IMG/VR virus record: IMGVR_UViG_3300037549_000096 | From: a virus | Length of the DNA stretch: 64,000 bases | Direction: 5' to 3' (one strand) | In this document: piece after piece, positions 1 to 7,759 of the stretch | How the letters are laid out: each line of letters starts with the position of its first letter | Position numbering within the stretch: the first letter of the stretch is position 1 | Program-made: the position numbers and the translations under genes | Notes under the pieces: generated by a model | Told to the model about the DNA's origin: nothing | Databases searched by the model: none | The model's input: only the letters and a program-made list of their open reading frames with translations

Positions 1-2
1 AT

Positions 3-92
3 ACTGTAGAATATGCTATGTCTTTAGATAAAAGAAAATTGCAACATTCTATTAAAAATTTAAAGAATTATAAAAAAGAGTGTGGAATATGA
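3..92 (+). CDS. 3' end of a gene that begins upstream of the window
   Basis: Open frame ...EYAMSLDKRKLQHSIKNLKNYKKECGI* whose TGA overlaps the next ATG (ATGA). Confidence 0.6.
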   Translation, partial: TVEYAMSLDKRKLQHSIKNLKNYKKECGI

Positions 93-244
93 TTATCAAA
101 CTAGCTTCCATCACAATTCCTGATTCTCATTTAAAATCAGATCATAAAGAACTTGAGTCTATGAAAGCTAAAGCTAAAGGTATTTTAACTGATGTAATAG
201 CTATGGAAAAAGATGATGCTAAAGCTAAAAAGGCGGGGAAGTAA
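89..244 (+). CDS. MIIKLA-leader small protein 1 (51 aa; not in ORF track)
   Basis: My translation: MIIKLASITIPDSHLKSDHKELESMKAKAKGILTDVIAMEKDDAKAKKAGK*. Coupled by ATGA upstream and TAATG downstream. Confidence 0.8.
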   Translation: MIIKLASITIPDSHLKSDHKELESMKAKAKGILTDVIAMEKDDAKAKKAGK

Positions 245-525
245 TGATTATTAAACTAGCATTACTAAATGATTTAAGATCATTCTTAGGAACTACAGCC
301 GGTAAGAGAACGGCTTTAGGTGCTGCTATTGGAGCTACTGCTGGAGCTATTCATCGTGATGATAATAGAACTCACGGCGCTAGTGTTGGAGCAGTATTAG
401 GTGGATTAGGTGGATTAGCTGCACATGAAACTGGGTTAACTGATTTAGTTAAAAATAAAGTATTAGATGGTGTTAAGAACTTTAAAAAAGTGCCTGTTCC
501 TAAAAAGAAATGGTATCAATCATGA
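244..525 (+). CDS. MIIKLA-leader small protein 2, with Gly/Ala-rich glycine-zipper-like segments
   Basis: Same leader. Contains GAAIGATAGA and GAVLGGLGGLAA, a basic C-terminus, and overlapping stop/start codons. Confidence 0.85.
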   Translation: MIIKLALLNDLRSFLGTTAGKRTALGAAIGATAGAIHRDDNRTHGASVGAVLGGLGGLAAHETGLTDLVKNKVLDGVKNFKKVPVPKKKWYQS

Positions 526-713
526 TTATTAAACTAGCTGCTATCGGTGCTGGGTTTGCTAGACTTGAACAATTAGGTTTAGCTGCAAAAGCTGTACAAA
601 AGTATTCAGGATCTAGTTGGCTTAAAAATGCTCCTAAAGTATTACCAGAAATTAAAAAAGTAGTATCAGAAGTTCCAAAGGTTATTCCCACTAATCCGTG
701 GAGTAAGAGGTAA
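522..713 (+). CDS. MIIKLA-leader small protein 3 (start corrected to 522)
   Basis: ATG at 522 overlaps the upstream TGA and gives the same atgattattaaactagc start. Cationic sequence. Confidence 0.8.
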   Translation: MIIKLAAIGAGFARLEQLGLAAKAVQKYSGSSWLKNAPKVLPEIKKVVSEVPKVIPTNPWSKR

Positions 714-717
714 ATTA

Positions 718-1548
718 ATGTCAAATACTGTTAATCATCCAGAATTATATGTTCATCTTTATCCTGAAGTAGTAAAATTATATACTGAAGAAAATTTAAC
801 AGCTAAACAAATATCTGAAAAACTTAATATAGGAGCTACTACAGTTAATAGAATTTTAAAACGTAATAATATAGATATGAATAGAATTTATCATAATAAA
901 TATTATTTTAATGAGAATGCTTTTGATTCTAATAATCCTGAAACAGCTTATTGGATAGGATTTTTATTAACAGATGGATGTGTTCATGAATATACTACTA
1001 AACATTGCTCACCTTGTATAACCTTACAATTAAAAGAAAGTGATAAATCTATTCTTGAAGAATATGCTAAATTTTTAGAATATCAAGGACTAATTACTCA
1101 AGATAAAATTAAACGATGGAAAATATCAATTAATTCTTATAAATTAGCAGAAGATTTAATTAAGTTTAATGTTACTCCAAGAAAAACCTTTTATGCTAAA
1201 GCGCCAGAAATTTTTGAAGATAATAATCTATTTTGGCGTGGTGTAATGGACGGTGATGGAAGTATGTGGTCAGGAGAAAAAGGAATTTTAAGAATAAATT
1301 TAACATCTGCTTCTTTAGATTTAATAGAACAGTTTCAAGAATATTGTAATAATATTTTAGATAATTCTTCTAACGTAAATATTACTTCTTTCTTTACTAA
1401 AGAAGAAAATGAAATGTATAGGGTTGTTTATACAGGAAATTTTGCTTTAAGAATTTTAGATATAATATATAAAGATAATGGACCTAAATTAGATAGAAAA
1501 TATAATAAATATATTAGTTATAAGGAAAATAACTATGCCTTGGTCTAA
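718..1548 (+). CDS. Free-standing LAGLIDADG homing endonuclease with N-terminal HTH
   Basis: Two LAGLIDADG helices (AYWIGFLLTDG, FWRGVMDGDG) and an HTH (TAKQISEKLNIGATTVNRIL). Confidence 0.85.
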   Translation: MSNTVNHPELYVHLYPEVVKLYTEENLTAKQISEKLNIGATTVNRILKRNNIDMNRIYHNKYYFNENAFDSNNPETAYWIGFLLTDGCVHEYTTKHCSPCITLQLKESDKSILEEYAKFLEYQGLITQDKIKRWKISINSYKLAEDLIKFNVTPRKTFYAKAPEIFEDNNLFWRGVMDGDGSMWSGEKGILRINLTSASLDLIEQFQEYCNNILDNSSNVNITSFFTKEENEMYRVVYTGNFALRILDIIYKDNGPKLDRKYNKYISYKENNYALV

Positions 1549-1720
1549 AGAAAATCCTCCCGAAGCTGTTAAATTTTTTAAACCATCTATTCAAAAACAT
1601 GCAATTAGAATAGCTAATGCTATTTTGGAAAAAACTAATAATGAATCTTTAGCAATTGCTACTGGTATTAAAAAAGCAAAGGAATTACATATTAAATCAT
1701 TCAAAAAATCAACAAAATGA
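1535..1720 (+). CDS. ChaB/YdaT(DUF2188)-like small protein
   Basis: MPW...P....K......A..IANA.LE....E..AIA pattern recalled for this family. Confidence 0.55.
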   Translation: MPWSKENPPEAVKFFKPSIQKHAIRIANAILEKTNNESLAIATGIKKAKELHIKSFKKSTK

Positions 1721-1745
1721 TTTACAGATAATCATATGGTATACT
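1717..1745 (+). promoter_or_regulatory. Putative sigma70/sigmaA-type extended -10 promoter for the RNAP gene
   Basis: ATGATT-17 bp-TATACT, with TGn directly before the -10 box. Confidence 0.55.
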
Positions 1746-1747
1746 GT

Positions 1748-1775
1748 AAGGGTCGCATAGCTGTGACCCTTTCTT
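1748..1775 (+). terminator. Intrinsic terminator-like hairpin
   Basis: aagggtcgca-tagc-tgtgaccctt followed by tctt. Confidence 0.55.
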
Positions 1776-1790
1776 GTTTAGGATTAAACA

Positions 1791-4700
1791 ATGTTAGAAG
1801 CATCAGAAATTATTAACAACATGAAACAAGGTATCAAAGAATCAATTGATTCTTTAGGTAAGATAGAAGCTGGCGGTAAAACTCTTGAATTTCAAAATGT
1901 GCATTTTGAGGATCATGATCCTCGTATTTCTGTAGACTTTGAAAAGCATAAACAAGCTAAACTTCATAATAAAACTTTAGGTATTGGTGTTTACGCAGAT
2001 GCTCATGTAACTGAAAATGGTAATACTTCTGTTGAAAAAGTAAAAATTGGTAATATGCCAGTTCCTACTTCAACGGGTGATTTTATCGTTGATGGTAATT
2101 CGTATAATATTGATTATCAGTTTAGACTTAAACCCGGTGCATATCTAAGAAAAAAGCAGAATGGTGAAATTGAAACCCATATCAATCCGATAGGGTTTCC
2201 TAATGCTAGAGTTACGATTGACCCTAAAACTTTAGGTCTTAGTGTAGGTATAGGTCAGGCTAATATTAACGCATTAGCTTTCTTACATGCTTTAGACGTT
2301 ACTACTGCTGAACAAGAACACATCCTTGGATCTGATATTTATAAAGCAAATTTAAATAAGTTAAACTTAGATAAAGAATTATCTAAACTTGAACAATCAA
2401 TTTCAAAAGGTGAAAAATTAGATAAAGGTCAATTATCTAAACTTCTTAAAGAGAAACTTGATACTGCTAAACTTGATCCAAGAGTTACCGGGATTACACT
2501 AGGAAAGCCCTTCAAAGACTTAGGGGCTGGCACTATCAAAGCAATTATACAAAAGACAATAGCTGGTTCTAAGGGTTTGGTAGAACCTGACGAACGTGAT
2601 GCTATGGCTTTTAAAAATGTATTTGCAGTAGATGATTTTGTTAAAGAACGTTTAAGTGGTCGAAATAAATACCAATTAGCATGGCAGGTTAAATCAGCAC
2701 TTGTTAAAGATAAACCGATTAAAGAATCCCTTTCTTCAAAATTCTTAGACTCAATGATTCATCCTTTGTTTACTTCTTCAGCTATTTCTGAGTTTTCTTC
2801 TAGAACTAATCAACTTCAACAATTAGGTGCGTTCCGCAAAGTCACTTCTACAGGTGAAGGCGGAATTATGAACGAACAAGCTATTACTACCGATATGCAA
2901 GCTGTTCATCCTACTCAAGCTTATTTTGTAGATCCTTTAAATACGCCCGAATCACAAAAAGCTGGTATTGCTGTTCAATTTACTCATGACGTTGAAATTA
3001 AAGATCATGAAGCTCATGCTCCATTTATTAATACTAAAACAGGTAAACGAGAATTAAAATCATCTATTGACTTATTTAATGAACATGTTTTACTGCCTGG
3101 TGCCGCTTCTCCAGATGGAACGATAGCAGCTATTCATAAGGGTAAACAAATTCAGGTTAAGCCCGAACAGATCACCTATAAACCTATTCACATTCATCAA
3201 GCATTTTCAGAAGGTGCTTTGATTGCGCCTGCTTTAAATTATAATCAAGGTTCTCGCGCTTCTATGAGAACTAGACACGCTGCACAAGCCGTATCTTTAG
3301 TAGATCGTGAAGCTCCCTTAGTTCAATCACTTCATCCAAGTGGTAGTACTTATGAACAAGAAGTAGCTAAGAAGATGGCGTTAATTGCGCCTGAAGATTT
3401 AACTTTCGTAGAAAAGAAAAATGATCGATTATTCTTTAAAACAAAAGATAATAAATTAGTAGATTCAGCTTTCTGGAATCATGATGTTGGAACGAATAAA
3501 TCTTTTATTAATCACGAAACTGATCATTTAACTCCTGGGATGAAGTTCACTCAAGGACAAATTATTGCTGATAGTAATTTTACGAAGAATGGAACTTTGG
3601 CATTAGGTAAGAATTTAAAAACTGCCTATATGCCCTGGCATGGTTTGAATTTTGAAGATGGTATTATTGTATCTGAATCAGGTGCTAAAAAGTTAACTTC
3701 TCAACATATGGCTCAACATGATTTTGACGTTCATAATGGCGTTACGAGAATGTCAAAAGCCGCTTATTTAGCTATGTTCCCTGGTAAATATACCAAAGAA
3801 CAATTAGATAAATTAGATGAAAATGGCGTAGCAAAACAAGGTATTGTTTTACAACCCGGCGATCCCATGCATTTAAAGATAGATAAACATCAAGGAACTA
3901 AAGAAGATGCTATCTTGGGTAGATTACATAAATCTTTAGTAAGTCCTTATAGGGATCATTCAGAAGTTTGGACTCATGTAACTCCTGGTACAGTAGTTGA
4001 CTCTGTATTAGATAAAACATTCGGTAAAATTAATGTTAAATATGAAGCCCCTGCACAAGTTGGTGATAAATTAGCTAATCGACACGGTGCTAAAGGTGTG
4101 ATATCTGCCATTATTCCTGATATTGAAATGCCTCAAAACAAAAAGAATGAAGTAACTGATGTTATTATTTCTCCTATGTCAGTTATTAGTCGTATGTCGA
4201 TGGGTCAGATTTTAGAAACTGCTGCTAGTAAGATTGCTAAAAAAACAGGTGAAACTTATAAGATTGGATCTTTTGATAATAAGGATCATGTTAGTCGGAT
4301 TCAACATGATTTAGCTAAACATAAACTATCTGATACTGAAGAACTTTTTGATAAACAAACAGGTCATTCATATGGAAAGATTTTAACTGGTTATCCTATT
4401 ATGCAAAAGTTGTTCAAATTGTCTCACGGCAATTTATCAGCTAGAGAATTAGGCGCATATGATTCAGATCATCAACCTATGCGGGGTGGTGATACTGGAT
4501 CTAAAGCTATTGATCAATTAACTCTTTACGGATTACTAGCTCATGGTCATCGTAATATCTTAAATGAAATTTCTACAGTTAAGGGTGATTATAATCCTGA
4601 TTTTTGGCAACGATTACAAATGGGATTACCATTACCTAAACCACAAACTCCGTTTGTTTATAAAAAATTTGAAGGTTTATTAGCTGCGTCTGGTGTTAAC

Positions 4701-7700
4701 GTTCGTCAAGATGGAAGTCAAAAGATTTTAGCTCCATTTACCGATAAAGATACAGACGCCATTGCTGGTGAAAATCATATTCAGAATTTTAAAATGTTGA
4801 ATTATGATATGGAGCCAGTTAAAGGTGGTTTATTTGATACTCAAATTACTGGTGGAATGAAAGGTACTAAATGGGCTAAATTTACTTTACCTAATGCAAT
4901 ACCTAATCCTTTATTTGAAACAGCTATTAAGAATATTTTAACAATAGATGATAAAACATTTAAAGGATTGCTTAATCACACTGTTAACGTAAATGGCAAA
5001 ACTGGTCATGAAGCTTTTGAGTCAATGTTAGGTAATATTCAAGTAAAACAGGAAATTGATTCTACTAAACAAGCTTTAAAAACAGCTACTAAAACAGGTA
5101 AAGATAAGTATCTTAAGAAGTTAAAACTTCTTAAAGCTCTTGAATCACAAAAACTGCATCCTAAAGATGCTTATATGATGAGTAAAGTCCCTGTGGTTCC
5201 CCCACAGTTTAGACCTGTTATTCAATTACCAAATGGTTCTTTATCTAAATCTAGTTTAAATATTCTTTATCGTGATGCTGGCTTAGTCGCTGGATCTATT
5301 AAGGAGCATGGGTTAGATGGAGATTTATATTCTGCTCTGTATCATTCTGTGGGTGCTATACAAGGCGTTAAAGACCCTATTAGCCCTCAAGCACAAAAAC
5401 AAAATGTTAAAGGAGCAATCCAGATCATTACAGGGTCTACTCCAAAGACCGGATTCTTCCAGTCTAAAGTAATTCGTAAACAACAAGACTTATCAGCCAG
5501 AGCTACGATAGCCTTGGATAATAATCTACATATGGATCAAATATCTATTCCTATAGATATGGCTAAATCAATTTATAAACCATTTGCAACTAAATTATTA
5601 ATTGATCAAGGTTATTCAGCTAAAGATGCTCATGACCATATTGATAAGTGGTCACATATTGGTAAAATTGCTATTATGAATGAAATGAATCAACGTCCGA
5701 TCATGATGAATCGTGCGCCTTCACTTCATCGTTTTTCAATTATGTCATTTAAGCCTACAGTTAATACTACTGATTCTACTGTATTAATTCCTGGTCTAAT
5801 CGTTAAACCATTTGGCGCTGACTTTGATGGTGATACCGTCATGCTTCATGTGCCTGTAGGTGAAAAAGCTAGAAAAGAAGCATTAAAGATGCTTCCTTCT
5901 AATAATTTATATAATGCTAAAGCTATGGACTTAAATTATACTCCTGATCAAGAATCGATCATGGGTTTACATTTAATGTCACATACTGCTAATGGTCGTA
6001 AATACTTTAATTCTTTATTACCTGCTTCTGTATCTAAAGTTACAGGTATTATGAAGAAAGAAGACATACATCAACGATTAGCTGAAGTAGCTGCTAAACA
6101 CCCTCATGAATATAATACTATTGCTACTAAGTTAAAAGAAGAAGGTGACAAGTTTGCAACATTGGCTGGTTTCTCAATTGGTTTGAAAGATATGAAACCA
6201 GTCAATGGAGAAAATGTTAAAAAGATTTATTCTAAAGCTATGCTTAAGCCTGGAGATAAATTAAAAAATCTTTTAGAAGCAGATGATTTTATTAAGAATC
6301 ATTCAACTGATGATAAAACTAATAATTATGTTAAAATGGTTACTTCACAATCCAAGGGAAATAAAGAGAATTTAAAACAGATTCTCTTTGCTCCTGGTAT
6401 TATGAAAGATCATAATGATCAGCCTATTCTTAGACCAGTTATGTCTAATTATGGTTCTGGAGTCGATTTTGCTGATTTCTGGACCGCTGGTTATGGCGCT
6501 CGTAAGGGTACTTTAGATCGGCAAATGTCAACCGCTAGACCTGGTGCTTTAAATAAGGAAATCGTTAATACATCAATGGCTATTGTTGTGTCGGAGAATG
6601 ATTGTGGTACGACAAATGGTATCTCTATTTCTGCAAAAGATCCTCACGTTCTTGGAAGATATGATGCTGAGTCTGGCAAACTTATTACGAAAGACTTATT
6701 AAAGAATAAAAAAGATATTATTGTACGTTCGCCTATTACTTGTGAAGCTACAAGAGGCGTTTGTAAGAAGTGTTATGGTCATGATGAATTTGGATCGATG
6801 CCAGATATAGGCCGGAATGTGGGTATTGTGTCGGCTCAAGCGATGTCAGAACCATTAACGCAAGCAGCTATGAAAACCTTTCATATGGGCGGAACGGTTT
6901 CAGGGGGCGGAGGGGCGTTTGGAGGGTTTGAAACGATTGAGCGGTTCTTAAAGGCTCCTAAAACTTTTAAAAACAAAGCTGTCTTAGCTAGAGAAGATGG
7001 AATAATTCATAGTATTAACCCTGGTGCTGCTGGTGGTTTTAATATTATGATTAATGAACAAGAACATTTCATTCATCCAGATGCTTCAGGTGAGTTATTA
7101 GTTAGAAAAGGACAAAAAGTAAATCGAGGCGATTTACTTAATGTAGGTATACCTCATCCTGAAGAAGCTTTAGATATATTAGGACCAATCAAAGGTAGTC
7201 ATTTAGTAGTTGATACGCTTCATAAACTTTATAAAGCGAGTGATATTAAAATCAATCGCCGTAATTTAGAAACAGTTATAAGAGGATTAACTGGTTTTGC
7301 TAAAGTGACTGATCCAGGTACATCTAAAACGTATGTCGAAAATGATGTAACTTCATTATCTAACGTTATGAAGTTTAATAAAGAAGCGAATAAATCTATG
7401 TCCTTGCCAATCCAGGAAAGTCATGGGATGATATTATCTGAGTCAATTGCAGGCATTAAGGCAGGTACTTCTCTTGACTTTAATCATTTGAAACATTTGG
7501 AAAAAGCTGGTCATAAACATATCGATGTTTATCACCAACCTATTCAATTTGATAGAATTTATATCGGAACTGATAAAGCCCCTAACAAATCTACCGATTG
7601 GTTAGGTGGTTTGAGCTTCAGATATCTTAAGAGAGGTATTGAAACTGGAGCTATGCATAGTCATATGTCTGATACTCATGGGTATCATCCTATGGCACCA

Positions 7701-7745
7701 TTTGTAACAGGCGAATTACAACATCATTCAGATGGTACTTACTAA
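1791..7745 (+). CDS. Single-chain fused beta-beta' (RpoB-RpoC-like) DNA-directed RNA polymerase, trimmed, 1984 aa
   Basis: Beta motifs in order: GDFIVDG, VHPT..DPLNTPE, LALGKN..AYMPWHGLNFEDGIIVSE, GDKLANRHGAKGVIS, SRMSMGQILE, TVKGD. Beta' motifs follow: GGLFD, PVVPPQFRP, NRAPSLHR, GADFDGD, bridge helix GARKGTLD, CEATRGVCKKCYG, trigger loop EPLTQAAMKTFH. Confidence 0.97.
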   Translation: MLEASEIINNMKQGIKESIDSLGKIEAGGKTLEFQNVHFEDHDPRISVDFEKHKQAKLHNKTLGIGVYADAHVTENGNTSVEKVKIGNMPVPTSTGDFIVDGNSYNIDYQFRLKPGAYLRKKQNGEIETHINPIGFPNARVTIDPKTLGLSVGIGQANINALAFLHALDVTTAEQEHILGSDIYKANLNKLNLDKELSKLEQSISKGEKLDKGQLSKLLKEKLDTAKLDPRVTGITLGKPFKDLGAGTIKAIIQKTIAGSKGLVEPDERDAMAFKNVFAVDDFVKERLSGRNKYQLAWQVKSALVKDKPIKESLSSKFLDSMIHPLFTSSAISEFSSRTNQLQQLGAFRKVTSTGEGGIMNEQAITTDMQAVHPTQAYFVDPLNTPESQKAGIAVQFTHDVEIKDHEAHAPFINTKTGKRELKSSIDLFNEHVLLPGAASPDGTIAAIHKGKQIQVKPEQITYKPIHIHQAFSEGALIAPALNYNQGSRASMRTRHAAQAVSLVDREAPLVQSLHPSGSTYEQEVAKKMALIAPEDLTFVEKKNDRLFFKTKDNKLVDSAFWNHDVGTNKSFINHETDHLTPGMKFTQGQIIADSNFTKNGTLALGKNLKTAYMPWHGLNFEDGIIVSESGAKKLTSQHMAQHDFDVHNGVTRMSKAAYLAMFPGKYTKEQLDKLDENGVAKQGIVLQPGDPMHLKIDKHQGTKEDAILGRLHKSLVSPYRDHSEVWTHVTPGTVVDSVLDKTFGKINVKYEAPAQVGDKLANRHGAKGVISAIIPDIEMPQNKKNEVTDVIISPMSVISRMSMGQILETAASKIAKKTGETYKIGSFDNKDHVSRIQHDLAKHKLSDTEELFDKQTGHSYGKILTGYPIMQKLFKLSHGNLSARELGAYDSDHQPMRGGDTGSKAIDQLTLYGLLAHGHRNILNEISTVKGDYNPDFWQRLQMGLPLPKPQTPFVYKKFEGLLAASGVNVRQDGSQKILAPFTDKDTDAIAGENHIQNFKMLNYDMEPVKGGLFDTQITGGMKGTKWAKFTLPNAIPNPLFETAIKNILTIDDKTFKGLLNHTVNVNGKTGHEAFESMLGNIQVKQEIDSTKQALKTATKTGKDKYLKKLKLLKALESQKLHPKDAYMMSKVPVVPPQFRPVIQLPNGSLSKSSLNILYRDAGLVAGSIKEHGLDGDLYSALYHSVGAIQGVKDPISPQAQKQNVKGAIQIITGSTPKTGFFQSKVIRKQQDLSARATIALDNNLHMDQISIPIDMAKSIYKPFATKLLIDQGYSAKDAHDHIDKWSHIGKIAIMNEMNQRPIMMNRAPSLHRFSIMSFKPTVNTTDSTVLIPGLIVKPFGADFDGDTVMLHVPVGEKARKEALKMLPSNNLYNAKAMDLNYTPDQESIMGLHLMSHTANGRKYFNSLLPASVSKVTGIMKKEDIHQRLAEVAAKHPHEYNTIATKLKEEGDKFATLAGFSIGLKDMKPVNGENVKKIYSKAMLKPGDKLKNLLEADDFIKNHSTDDKTNNYVKMVTSQSKGNKENLKQILFAPGIMKDHNDQPILRPVMSNYGSGVDFADFWTAGYGARKGTLDRQMSTARPGALNKEIVNTSMAIVVSENDCGTTNGISISAKDPHVLGRYDAESGKLITKDLLKNKKDIIVRSPITCEATRGVCKKCYGHDEFGSMPDIGRNVGIVSAQAMSEPLTQAAMKTFHMGGTVSGGGGAFGGFETIERFLKAPKTFKNKAVLAREDGIIHSINPGAAGGFNIMINEQEHFIHPDASGELLVRKGQKVNRGDLLNVGIPHPEEALDILGPIKGSHLVVDTLHKLYKASDIKINRRNLETVIRGLTGFAKVTDPGTSKTYVENDVTSLSNVMKFNKEANKSMSLPIQESHGMILSESIAGIKAGTSLDFNHLKHLEKAGHKHIDVYHQPIQFDRIYIGTDKAPNKSTDWLGGLSFRYLKRGIETGAMHSHMSDTHGYHPMAPFVTGELQHHSDGTY

Positions 7746-7759
7746 CTGGAGAAAGTTAA

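Noticed and set aside
89-538. 17-nt repeats as a CRISPR array or attC-like sites
   Set aside because: Spacing is irregular (155 and 278 bp), the repeats are not palindromic, and they sit exactly on start codons with synonymous variation, so the constraint looks protein-level.
718-1548. Group I intron around the LAGLIDADG gene
   Set aside because: The ORF starts 4 bp after the upstream stop and overlaps the next gene. There is no space for intron core and no split host gene.
1791-7745. Host chromosomal rpoBC, or an intein-containing gene
   Set aside because: No ribosomal-protein neighbours, heavily diverged motifs, phage context, and no intein splice motifs or extra length.
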